A DNA stretch of 64,000 bases. Origin: Euryarchaeota archaeon UBA89. Its GTDB lineage: Archaea > Thermoplasmatota > Poseidoniia > Poseidoniales > Thalassarchaeaceae. This document shows positions 48,351 to 57,492 of the stretch, piece by piece (the first letter of the stretch is position 1; each line of letters begins with the position of its first letter). The DNA lies in assembly GCA_002495525.1 (NCBI GenBank), contig DAFS01000037.1, forward strand, positions 19,103-83,102. The letters run 5' to 3'. Below the pieces are notes generated by a model. The model was not told where the DNA came from and searched no databases. It was given only the letters and a program-made list of their open reading frames with translations. A program made the position numbers and the translations under genes.

Positions 48351-49172
48351 ATGGTAATTCCAGCAGTAATAGCCCATGGAGGAGCTGGCCCGGGTCCCGC
48401 TCGTCAAGATAATCTTCAGGTTGCAATAAAGAAAGCTGCTGAAATTCTTATCGCAGGGGGAAGTGCATTAGATGCGGCAGTTCAGGCATGTGTAATGTTA
48501 GAAAATGATCCAGTTTTCAATGCTGGAACCGGTAGTGTAATGCGAACAGATGGATCAGTATTGACAGATGCTTCAATACAGACAGGTGATGGTAAAATAG
48601 GCTTTGTTATTGCTATGGAGAAAACTCCTAACCCGATTTTAGTTGCTGCAGATTTATTAGATGAAGAAATAAATGGCTTGACATCTGAAGGTGCTAGAAT
48701 CTGGGCGGATAATAGAGGTCATACTAAGAAAAAAGTTATCGGAGTTTCTCCAAAGGGTCAAATTGGTGATTCAGAAAAGGAAATAACCGGAGATACAGTT
48801 GGTGTGATTGCAAGAGATAGAACAGGCATGATTGTCGTCGCTACAAGTACAGGGGGTTGTAGTTTTAGACCGCCAGGGAGAGTTGGAGATGTACCATTAC
48901 CAGGGTCAGGATTTTGGGCAGAAGAAGGACTAGCAGTTGCAGCCACAGGAATAGGAGAGGCTATTACTAGAGCACTTCTAAGTAACAAGGTGTATGAAAA
49001 AATAAAGGATAAAACCTATTCTTTGGAAGAATCTATGAATTGGGGAATTAATACGCTGATATCACCTGAACATTCTGTTGGGCTAATTGCATTAGGTCCT
49101 TCTGGGCCGGGTTTAGGTGTTTCTAATACTGATATGCCATGGGCAACATGGGAACAAGAATCAACTGAATAA
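48351..49172 (+). CDS. Isoaspartyl peptidase/L-asparaginase (Ntn hydrolase, class 2)
   Basis: HGGAG, LE.DP.FNAG.G, DAS, D/TVG autoprocessing site, TSTGG, GRVGD.P, TG.GE. Confidence 0.9.
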   Translation: MVIPAVIAHGGAGPGPARQDNLQVAIKKAAEILIAGGSALDAAVQACVMLENDPVFNAGTGSVMRTDGSVLTDASIQTGDGKIGFVIAMEKTPNPILVAADLLDEEINGLTSEGARIWADNRGHTKKKVIGVSPKGQIGDSEKEITGDTVGVIARDRTGMIVVATSTGGCSFRPPGRVGDVPLPGSGFWAEEGLAVAATGIGEAITRALLSNKVYEKIKDKTYSLEESMNWGINTLISPEHSVGLIALGPSGPGLGVSNTDMPWATWEQESTE

Positions 49173-49231
49173 TCATACTAATCTAGGGATGCGCTTAAGG
49201 ACATGTCATTTGTCGGCGGCTTGGTGGTAAT

Positions 49232-49507
49232 GTGTCAGACATCGAATCCCGCATCCAACAGATTGCATCTGTACTAAGTCAACTTGATGATTCACAAGTC
49301 CCTAGGAATATTCGCACAACTACAAAAGAATCAGTTGATAAGTGGCTTTTAAATAAAAATAAAGAAATGGACTTGAGACTTGGAATGACTGCATCAATGC
49401 TTGATGACATCTTTAATGATCCAAATCTACCCCTTCACTTTGGTCCACTATGTCTTCAAATTCAGACAGCATTAGAAACTCTTCTTGCAGAAGCTCGTCG
49501 CAAATAA
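49232..49507 (+). CDS. UPF0147 family protein
   Basis: D..VPRNIR...L.DI..DPN.P.H signature. Confidence 0.85.
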   Translation: MSDIESRIQQIASVLSQLDDSQVPRNIRTTTKESVDKWLLNKNKEMDLRLGMTASMLDDIFNDPNLPLHFGPLCLQIQTALETLLAEARRK

Positions 49508-49563
49508 TTTCTGATTCAATTCAATCTAATATTCGTGATTAGATTTATTTTTAAGATAATCAA

Positions 49564-49719
49564 TCAGGTACTTCGACGTTCTGCGGCTTTAGGCCTTAGA
49601 TTGGTGTAACCACACTTTCGACAAGCTCTAGGTTTACTTCCGCGATGAGTTGCAGAGCATTTCATGCATATCCATTTTTGGAGAAGACGTGCTTCTGCTA
49701 CACTGTGACGTTGAGCCAT
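49564..49719 (-). CDS. rpl40e: 50S ribosomal protein L40e
   Basis: Hand translation: [51 protein letters not shown]. ICxKC...CRKCG...LRPK signature. Not in ORF track. Confidence 0.93.
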   Translation of the reverse strand: MAQRHSVAEARLLQKWICMKCSATHRGSKPRACRKCGYTNLRPKAAERRST

Positions 49720-49842
49720 ACAGAGTCTCCGAAATGCCTACCCTTCATAATCGCTTTGCTAGGTATTCTAAGTTTTTTCAATCATTTTTTTCAAGATTCT
49801 TGGACCGAACTATTCATTCGCCTTCGGCTAAGCCGAGACCTT

Positions 49843-51189
49843 GTGCCAGCGAATATTGTGTTAGGGGCCCAGTGGGGAGATGAAGGAAAAGGTAAGGCGA
49901 TTGATCAACTAGCGCCCAACTCTACTTGGGCTGTTAGATTTCAAGGAGGAAACAATGCGGGGCATACAATAGTTTTAGGAGATACAACCTTGAAACTGCA
50001 TCAAATTCCTTCTGGTGTAACATCAATGGAATGTAACTTAGTGCTTGGAGATGGAATGGTCATAGATCCTTGGGTTCTCGAAGAAGAACTTGATAGATGG
50101 TTTTCTCTGACAAAGGAAAGGCCAGAAGGTAAGCGTTTATTCATTAGTGAGAGAGCATCTGTTATCCTACCATTCCATAGGTTATATGATTCAGCTGACA
50201 AAGTAGTTGGAACCACAGGTAGAGGAATCGGACCCGCTTATCGCGATAGAATAGAAAGAGTAGGTATTCGTTTTTGTGACATTAATAATGTAATTGCAGA
50301 TGGTAATAAAATATCTGAAATAGTTACTAGAATGAATAAGCAATTAGATTCAGTCAATGTCTCAGAAAGAATTACTTCTGAATCTTTAATGTCAGACTTG
50401 AAATGGATACTAGAAAGATATTCGGATGCAATCAGGCCAACAGGATTAATGATTGATTCTGCACTACAAAATGGTGAAAGGATTCTCCTTGAAGGCGCTC
50501 AAGGAGCTATGTTAGACATAGATCAAGGCACGTATCCCTTCGTTACATCTTCAGTAACAAGTCGTGCTAATGCAACTCATGGCGCAGGAATTCATCCGGG
50601 CCATATTGAGCAATGTTTCGGTATAACAAAGGCATATACAACAAGAGTTGGAAATGGACCTTTCCCATCCGAATTATCTCTTGATAAAGGGCCTGGTCAC
50701 CATATGGCGCAAGTAGGTCATGAATTTGGTACTACTACCGGCCGTCCAAGAAGGACTGGATGGTTAGATATGGTGGCTTTGAAAGATGCTCATAGGTTCA
50801 ATGGATACACTGGATTAGTAGTCACGAAATTGGATGTATTGGGCGGGCTTGATGAAATTAAAATTTGTATCGGTTATGATTTTGACGGTAAGGTGATAAA
50901 ATATTTCCCAACAACTTCCGAAGAAGTAGCAAGATGCAGGCCGATTTATGAGACTCATGAAGGATTCCCTGCATTATCAGATGATGAATGGATTTCTATG
51001 GCAGATAGGTCACGTTCGGAAGGAATTGGTTACAATGCAATGCCAGAAAAGGTCAGACATATTGTAGAAAGAATAGAAGAATTGTCCGGAATTCCAGTTG
51101 TTAGTGTGGGGGTTGGTCCTGATAGAAAGGCATCAATTGCAAAGTTAGGAGGTCCATTCGATGTACCTGCTGAAGAGGCAACGTTCTAA
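49843..51189 (+). CDS. purA: Adenylosuccinate synthetase
   Basis: GAQWGDEGKGK, RFQGG.NAGHT, GTT.RGIGP.Y, EGAQG..LD.D.GTYPFVTSS, EFG.TTGR.RR.GW.D, TKLDVL. Start GTG 49843. Confidence 0.97.
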   Translation: MPANIVLGAQWGDEGKGKAIDQLAPNSTWAVRFQGGNNAGHTIVLGDTTLKLHQIPSGVTSMECNLVLGDGMVIDPWVLEEELDRWFSLTKERPEGKRLFISERASVILPFHRLYDSADKVVGTTGRGIGPAYRDRIERVGIRFCDINNVIADGNKISEIVTRMNKQLDSVNVSERITSESLMSDLKWILERYSDAIRPTGLMIDSALQNGERILLEGAQGAMLDIDQGTYPFVTSSVTSRANATHGAGIHPGHIEQCFGITKAYTTRVGNGPFPSELSLDKGPGHHMAQVGHEFGTTTGRPRRTGWLDMVALKDAHRFNGYTGLVVTKLDVLGGLDEIKICIGYDFDGKVIKYFPTTSEEVARCRPIYETHEGFPALSDDEWISMADRSRSEGIGYNAMPEKVRHIVERIEELSGIPVVSVGVGPDRKASIAKLGGPFDVPAEEATF

Positions 51190-51194
51190 TTCAG

Positions 51195-51500
51195 GTGTCT
51201 TTTCGAAGTGTCATGGGATTCAAATCCAGGGCTAAGAAGAAACAAGAATTAGCTTCAGCGGCCAAAGGTCCATCCAAAAAAGAGAAAGAAGAATATTCCG
51301 GCGAAATTCGTTGTGATGTCGCAGGATGTGGAAAATGGGCAGATAAGAAAATAGGTGGTCGTAAATTAGCATTCGACAGAGCCGCTGATGTTTGGGGCGA
51401 AGAAGGCCTTCTAGGAAATTCTAGGAGAGTCACTCTTTGTAAGTCATGTTATCGAGAGTGGAAGAAGGCGAAGAAAGACGACCCTAATGAATGGGGTTAA
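51195..51500 (+). CDS. Small basic putative Zn-binding protein
   Basis: CDVAGC...LCKSCYR..K motifs; Lys-rich; co-oriented after purA. Confidence 0.65.
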   Translation: MSFRSVMGFKSRAKKKQELASAAKGPSKKEKEEYSGEIRCDVAGCGKWADKKIGGRKLAFDRAADVWGEEGLLGNSRRVTLCKSCYREWKKAKKDDPNEWG

Positions 51501-51555
51501 ACTTCTAGTGTTTCTTTTAGTAATGATAAAATGCATTATCTAGTAGCGCCGTAAT

Positions 51556-53172
51556 ATGAACCATCCTGTTAACGAACCTATCCTTGGTTATTCTCCGGGT
51601 AGCAAAGAGAGAATTGAAATTAAAGCAGAACTTGATAGGCAAATGAGTGAAGTAATAGAAATTCCTTGCATCATAAATGGTAAAGAAGTATTTACAGGAA
51701 ATATTGCAACTCAGGTAATCCCTCACAACCATAGTCACATTATTGCAAGAGTCCACATGGCTGGTAAAGATGAGATGGAAAATGCTTGCAAGGCAGCAGT
51801 TAATGCACAGCAGAATTGGATAGATATCGGTTTAGAATCTAGGTGTGAAATTTTTGAAAAGTGCGCTGATTTGCTAGCGGGAGAATGGAGGATGAGAGTA
51901 AATGCCTCTACTATGCTTAATCAATCAAAAACAGTTTTCCAGGCAGAAATAGATTCTGCTTGTGAATTAATTGATTTTTGGCGTTTCAATTGCTTCTATG
52001 CAAGAAATTTCCACGATGATTTCCAACCATTAGTATCTCCACCTGGAGTAAAAAATTCTACTGAGATTCGTCCCTTGGAAGGTTTCGTTCTTTCAATAAC
52101 TCCATTCAATTTCACAAGTATTGCTGCCAATCTCCCTAGTGCACCTGCAATTGTTGGTTGTACATCTGTTTGGAAACCAAGTAGAAATTCGTACTTGTCT
52201 AACTATGTTCTTATGCAGTTAATGATGGAAGCCGGATTGCCAGATGGCGTAATAAATTTCTTGCCAGGTTCTGGTGCAGAAATAACAGAGGTTGCTCTTG
52301 CAAATCCTGACTTTGCTGGTTTACATTTCACTGGCTCAACTGCAACTTTCCAAGGTCTATGGCAGGAAATTGGTATAGCTTTACCCAATCTCCGTTCATA
52401 TCCTCGAATTGTTGGTGAAACAGGCGGTAAAGACTTTGTTGTGGCTCATCCTAATTGTAATGAGCGTGGTTTGTTAGTTGCATTATTAAGAGGTTCATTT
52501 GAGTTCCAAGGACAGAAGTGTTCTGCAGCTAGTAGAGCATATGTACCTCAATCAGTTTGGTCATCAATTAGTGATGAATTATGTGATGAGATTAGGAAAA
52601 TAAAGATGGGAGATGCTAAAGATTTCACTAATTTTATGACTGCTGTAATTGATCAAAGATCTTTCGACAAGATTACTGGTTATATTGATAGGGCTAAGGA
52701 AGACAAATCATGTGAGGTAATTGTTGGGGGTAATTATGATGATTCAATAGGATGGTTCATTGAACCAACAATTATCGTTACATCAAATCCTAAGTCAGAG
52801 ACAATGATAGATGAGATATTTGGCCCTGTACTAACCGTCTATGTATATGATGACGATAAGTTCGATGAAGTACTAACTCTATGTGATGAATCTTCTCCAT
52901 ATGCTCTTACTGGGTCAATCTTCGCCAATGATGAATCTGATGTACAGAAAGCATTCAATGCTCTTAGATTTACAGCAGGAAATTTCTACATCAATGATAA
53001 ACCAACAGGTGCTGTAGTCGCTCAACAACCATTCGGTGGCGCTAGAGCTAGTGGTACCAATGATAAAGCAGGTGGACCATTGAACTTGTTAAGATGGATA
53101 AGTCCTCGTTCAGTTAAAAGAACATTCGAACCCCCCCAAGATTGGGATTATCAATTCATGCAATCTGAATAA
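51556..53172 (+). CDS. pruA: Delta-1-pyrroline-5-carboxylate dehydrogenase (ALDH4 type)
   Basis: NEP...Y.PGS.ER, QAEID.ACE.IDF.RFN, PFNFT.I, HFTGST, GETGGK.F, FE.QGQKCSA, INDKPTG.VV.QQPFGG.R.SGTNDK. Confidence 0.95.
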   Translation: MNHPVNEPILGYSPGSKERIEIKAELDRQMSEVIEIPCIINGKEVFTGNIATQVIPHNHSHIIARVHMAGKDEMENACKAAVNAQQNWIDIGLESRCEIFEKCADLLAGEWRMRVNASTMLNQSKTVFQAEIDSACELIDFWRFNCFYARNFHDDFQPLVSPPGVKNSTEIRPLEGFVLSITPFNFTSIAANLPSAPAIVGCTSVWKPSRNSYLSNYVLMQLMMEAGLPDGVINFLPGSGAEITEVALANPDFAGLHFTGSTATFQGLWQEIGIALPNLRSYPRIVGETGGKDFVVAHPNCNERGLLVALLRGSFEFQGQKCSAASRAYVPQSVWSSISDELCDEIRKIKMGDAKDFTNFMTAVIDQRSFDKITGYIDRAKEDKSCEVIVGGNYDDSIGWFIEPTIIVTSNPKSETMIDEIFGPVLTVYVYDDDKFDEVLTLCDESSPYALTGSIFANDESDVQKAFNALRFTAGNFYINDKPTGAVVAQQPFGGARASGTNDKAGGPLNLLRWISPRSVKRTFEPPQDWDYQFMQSE

Positions 53173-53203
53173 GTCGGCAATATATTCAATAGCCTAATCT
53201 CAG

Positions 53204-53290
53204 TCCTCTACTTGGGGAGCATCTGCTGAGAGGTTACGTAAGTAACGACCCTTGGACCTGATCTGGGTAATGCCAGCGGAGGAAAAAAAT
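53204..53290 (+). promoter_or_regulatory. TPP (THI-box) riboswitch
   Basis: GGGG(53214-17)...CUGAGA(53226-31)...ACCC...ACCUGAUCUGGGUAAUGCCAGCGGAGG consensus; P3a GUUAC-GUAA-GUAAC; P5 CUGG/CCAG; P4 CCU/AGG; directly upstream of the thiamine ABC transporter. Confidence 0.93.
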
Positions 53291-54376
53291 ATGTACAATA
53301 AAAAAGCAATAACAATATGCCTAATAATGATATGTTCTTTACTAACTGGATGTATAGAAGATAGAGACTCATCTGAGGATGATAAGAACTTAAGCATCGT
53401 ATCTTATGATGCATTTGGAGTTTCACAAGAACTCCTTGATCAATTTACGAACGAAACCGGAATTAGTGTCGAGATTACTAGAGCCGGAGATGCCGGTGGT
53501 GTACTATCTACAGCTATTCAAACCAAAGACTCAGGTCTTTTCGATTTAGCAATAGGAGTTGACAATTCTTATCTCGGTACTGCTTTAGCCGCAGAAATTT
53601 TTCAACCTTTAGAGACCGATCGAACGATTTTTTCCTCACGTGCTTTAAGCTCTTATGACGGTAATCTGGCTATCCCATTCGATATCGGTAGTGTGTGTAT
53701 AAATTATGACTCAAATTATGTTGATGGTGAGAATATTACTATTCCGACATCTTTATGGAATTTCACAGAGCCAGCATGGGAAGGGAAATTTGCAGTTCAA
53801 AATCCACGGACAAGTAGTCCCGGTCGTGCCTTTTTCATAGCAACTGTTGATTATTTTTCTAAGGACGAATATAATCAAACAAACTATGAAGATTGGTGGG
53901 AGTCTATGAATTCAAATGATGTGATAGTAACTGATGGATGGACAACATCCTATGAAACTCATTATTCTGGGGGGTATGGTCAATGGAGTGACGGTTTCAT
54001 TGGCGATGCACACGCAGTAGTTTCTTACTGCCATTCTCCGGGAGTAGAAGCTTACTATGGGGGGAATTGGACCACTTCCGTAGCATTGAATATTGAGGGT
54101 GCATCTTTTTCACAAATAGAATATGTATCCTTTTTATCTGGTTCTGAAAAGTCCTCATCTGCAAATATCTTTGTTAACTGGTTAGTCTCTGAAGAAATTA
54201 ATTCTCAGATGTCAACTATTAACTGGATGTATCCTGCAATTGAAGGTGGAGACATCATAGAAGATTCAGGCTATCGTTGGCATTCTGTAGTTCCTACAGA
54301 TTGTGATATAGAAATTTCTGAGATAGACTCGAATATTTCTCTATGGCTTGATGAATGGGATACCGCAATGGCTTGA
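53291..54376 (+). CDS. thiB: Thiamine ABC transporter substrate-binding lipoprotein
   Basis: Lipobox LTGC; YD.F, GD.G, G.DN, PFD.G...NYD, P.TSSPG..F, W...Y, VSY..SP, QIE, WMYP. Start ATG 53291 (the track's upstream start lies within the riboswitch). Confidence 0.9.
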   Translation: MYNKKAITICLIMICSLLTGCIEDRDSSEDDKNLSIVSYDAFGVSQELLDQFTNETGISVEITRAGDAGGVLSTAIQTKDSGLFDLAIGVDNSYLGTALAAEIFQPLETDRTIFSSRALSSYDGNLAIPFDIGSVCINYDSNYVDGENITIPTSLWNFTEPAWEGKFAVQNPRTSSPGRAFFIATVDYFSKDEYNQTNYEDWWESMNSNDVIVTDGWTTSYETHYSGGYGQWSDGFIGDAHAVVSYCHSPGVEAYYGGNWTTSVALNIEGASFSQIEYVSFLSGSEKSSSANIFVNWLVSEEINSQMSTINWMYPAIEGGDIIEDSGYRWHSVVPTDCDIEISEIDSNISLWLDEWDTAMA

Positions 54377-54385
54377 GACGTTTTT

Positions 54386-56044
54386 ATGAAAATCCGTTAT
54401 CTAATAATAACTTCATGGGTTGTTTTAGTAATTTTACCCTTATTACTCGCCTGGAATCAACTTGACTCTGTTGCTGAAAGAAATATTTTCGAGACTATCC
54501 TAGATTTTAATAATAAATTTCAGACAAAAGACTCTATTTCTTTTACATTCCTAGTTGCCTTTCTATCTACAATATTGACGATAATTATTGGTTTACCCTT
54601 GGCTTGGAATCTTGGTAGATATAACTGGCCATATCATAATCTTCTAAGAAGTATTTTCACGGTCCCTTTTGTAATGCCATCGATTCTGGTTGCAATGGGT
54701 TTCTTAGCACTGTTAGATTGGATTAGTATTCTAATTGGGCATAACCATTCTAATGAAACACGTTTTTACACCCTTCTCCTAGCTCATGCTTGGTTTAATT
54801 TGGCCCTTTTGATAAGGTTCTGTGAACCTCTTCTTTCAACAATTGATTCGTCTTATGAAGAGGCATGTAGGTTGTTACCTTCTGGTAAGACGAAAATTAG
54901 TAGGCTTAGAAATTTCTGGATCCCTTTGATGTGGCCCAATATTGCTGCCTCTTCAGCCCTAGTATTCGTTTTTTCTTTTACGTCATTTGCTCTAGTTAAA
55001 TTCATTACTCCCTCAGAAAGAAATTTAGAAGTTGTAATGGCAAATCAGTCCGAGTGGGCAGGTCTGCCAATACCTTCACTGAGTCGTGCACCATCTGAGA
55101 TAGTTCTCGCATCATCTACAATTCAATTGATAACGATAATTCTGGCATTATTAGTCTCGTCATGGTTACAATCCCGGTCGTTAGGACATCATCTTTCTTC
55201 TCTTAAAGATGGAAGAATTTCTGTTTCATTCAAATCAGCACGTGGAATATATCTTATTTTAATGATAATTTTCATTATATCTCCAATGCTTTCTCTTATC
55301 TCTTCCTCATTTATGGTTAGAGAAAATGATTCGATGATTTTTTCTTTACAAGGTTGGGAATCAGCCTTTGGAGGTAGTCATTCTCCCACAAATGCCTACC
55401 AATCTCTCAAATCTTCAGTCGGGTATGCTATTATGACTATTATGCTATCACTTCCTATAGGTTTCCTACTTGCAGATACTATATTCAACCTAGAAAAAAC
55501 AAATCCTAAATCTGCGACAATTTTAGATGTTCTTGTAATGCTACCTTTAGCATTATCTGCCGTCATGGTCGGTCTTGGTGTTTTACTCGGATTAATGCGT
55601 ACAGAGCCTGAAATTGCTCGAAGTTGGTGGATTCCTCTTTATGGACATTTGATGTTAACAACTCCTTTCGTAGTCAGAGTACTTTTACCGGCTATGAGAA
55701 ATCTCAACCCCCATCTAGAAGAAGCGGCAGCATTGCTTGGCGCAAATTATCTAAAACGATTATTTTTCATACGCTTATCCCTGTTAAAACCTTCAATTAT
55801 AGTTGCCTCTAGTCTAGTATTTGCAATTTCATTGGGTGAATTTGGTGCATCTTGGGTGGTTTTGAGATTTACTGAATACACTACACTTCCTGTGATGATT
55901 GGTGATTTACTCAGTCGTCCCGGATACGACCCTATATTGAGACCCGCTGCGAATGCTGCGGGAACAATTTTGTTATTGATTACATTAGTTTTATTCATTA
56001 GTGTAGAGCGATTCAGACCAATTGGAAGTGGAGGTGAGTTTTGA
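54386..56044 (+). CDS. thiP: Thiamine ABC transporter permease (two-module)
   Basis: PFVMP, AH..FN, EEA loops x2, F.FTSF, SLGEFGA, TLP; operon with thiB. Confidence 0.88.
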   Translation: MKIRYLIITSWVVLVILPLLLAWNQLDSVAERNIFETILDFNNKFQTKDSISFTFLVAFLSTILTIIIGLPLAWNLGRYNWPYHNLLRSIFTVPFVMPSILVAMGFLALLDWISILIGHNHSNETRFYTLLLAHAWFNLALLIRFCEPLLSTIDSSYEEACRLLPSGKTKISRLRNFWIPLMWPNIAASSALVFVFSFTSFALVKFITPSERNLEVVMANQSEWAGLPIPSLSRAPSEIVLASSTIQLITIILALLVSSWLQSRSLGHHLSSLKDGRISVSFKSARGIYLILMIIFIISPMLSLISSSFMVRENDSMIFSLQGWESAFGGSHSPTNAYQSLKSSVGYAIMTIMLSLPIGFLLADTIFNLEKTNPKSATILDVLVMLPLALSAVMVGLGVLLGLMRTEPEIARSWWIPLYGHLMLTTPFVVRVLLPAMRNLNPHLEEAAALLGANYLKRLFFIRLSLLKPSIIVASSLVFAISLGEFGASWVVLRFTEYTTLPVMIGDLLSRPGYDPILRPAANAAGTILLLITLVLFISVERFRPIGSGGEF

Positions 56045-56664
56045 TGCTATCTTGTGAAAATATTACTAAGTCGTATGATAGTTTGGTGTTATCTAACTTC
56101 AACTTAATAGTTGATAGTAATGAAATTGTAGCATTACTTGGTCCATCTGGTTCAGGTAAATCTACTCTTTTGAGAATTATCTGTGGTTTAGAGAAGAGTG
56201 ATTCAGGAAAGATATTATTCAACGGAGTAGACTTAGAAGAAATGCCTCCTGAAAAAAGAGGTATTGGAATGGTATTCCAAAACCTTGCATTATTCCCTCA
56301 CCTAAATGTACATGAAAACATTAAATTTGGCTTACCAGTAAATAATTCTATAAATAAAATTTCAGAGATACTTGAGTTAGTAGGCTTGAAAGATTTTGGT
56401 TCTAGAAAGATTCAGACTCTTTCAGGTGGCGAATCACAACGTGTGGCTCTAGCACGTTCTTTGATCGCAGAACCTAAAATGATACTTTTGGACGAACCCC
56501 TATCCAGTCTTGATTCAAGCATTAAAGAATCATTATCTTTAGAGGTCCGAAAAATGATTAAATCATTATCTATACCTGCTATATATGTGACGCATGATCC
56601 TCAAATTGCAGAAAGAATGGCTGATCGAATAGTCTACTTAGATGAAGATAACTCTAATAATTAA
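56041..56664 (+). CDS. thiQ: Thiamine ABC transporter ATP-binding protein
   Basis: GPSGSGKS, VFQ..ALFPHL, LSGGE.QRVALAR, LDEP, VTHD; operon context. Confidence 0.85.
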   Translation: MMLSCENITKSYDSLVLSNFNLIVDSNEIVALLGPSGSGKSTLLRIICGLEKSDSGKILFNGVDLEEMPPEKRGIGMVFQNLALFPHLNVHENIKFGLPVNNSINKISEILELVGLKDFGSRKIQTLSGGESQRVALARSLIAEPKMILLDEPLSSLDSSIKESLSLEVRKMIKSLSIPAIYVTHDPQIAERMADRIVYLDEDNSNN

Positions 56665-56703
56665 TCAATTAAACTAAATATAGTTAATATTCCGAAATGT
56701 CTC

Positions 56704-57492
56704 ATGGAAGGATTGTCTAAGTTACAAAAACTAACATTTCCTTGGAAAGGATTCTGGAGGAAAACATGGACTCGTAGAGAGATGATAAATGGTAGTTGGT
56801 TCCCATTAGAAGTTTTTTTGCTAGGCATTATATTTATTGCAGTGCCATATTTCGGCTCGAATAATATAGCACATTTTTATCTCGAAGATGCATTTTCTGT
56901 ATTCCCTGAGATTTCTTACGACCGCTCAGTCCCAGTAATTAATTGGATGATTATTCCTTATGCTGCTTTGTACCTATTTTATCCAGCTACTTTGATATTA
57001 ACCCCTAAAAATGACAAAGGTCGTTTAGAGTTAATTTCAGCAATGCAAATGCTAATTCTAGCCACCCTATTTTGTGTAATGATATTCTTATTATTTCCAG
57101 CAGAAGTTGATATGAGAAATCAAATCGATTGGGATTCTATGAATGGAATCGAGACAATTCTCTTTGAGTTTATACATACCTCTGACAAGCCTTGGAATGC
57201 GTGGCCAAGTCTCCATATTGTTCATTCATATTGCCTCGCAAGAATGATTACTCATTGGTTAAATCACAACTATTCAGAAACTAAATGGGCGAAACCATTC
57301 ATGGTACTACTGTGGGTTGAATGGATACTACTATGCATTAGTATACTAACAACCAAACAGCACTATATGTTCGATTTGTTTTCTGGTATGTTTGTAGGAT
57401 ATTTCGCTTGGAGATTTTTCCAACCAACACTCGATAAGATACAATCTAGTGACGTCGATTCCATATTGGAAGAAATCGGTTGGTCTAACTAA
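56704..57492 (+). CDS. PAP2-superfamily membrane protein (Aur1/IPC-synthase-like subgroup)
   Basis: D.P.NA.PSLH and K.HY..D...G motifs; six TM. Confidence 0.75.
   Translation: MEGLSKLQKLTFPWKGFWRKTWTRREMINGSWFPLEVFLLGIIFIAVPYFGSNNIAHFYLEDAFSVFPEISYDRSVPVINWMIIPYAALYLFYPATLILTPKNDKGRLELISAMQMLILATLFCVMIFLLFPAEVDMRNQIDWDSMNGIETILFEFIHTSDKPWNAWPSLHIVHSYCLARMITHWLNHNYSETKWAKPFMVLLWVEWILLCISILTTKQHYMFDLFSGMFVGYFAWRFFQPTLDKIQSSDVDSILEEIGWSN

Noticed and set aside
53200..53426. Short minus-strand ORFs and the upstream thiB start at 53252
   Set aside because: Overlap the TPP aptamer and thiB; the lipoprotein signal and SD support ATG 53291.
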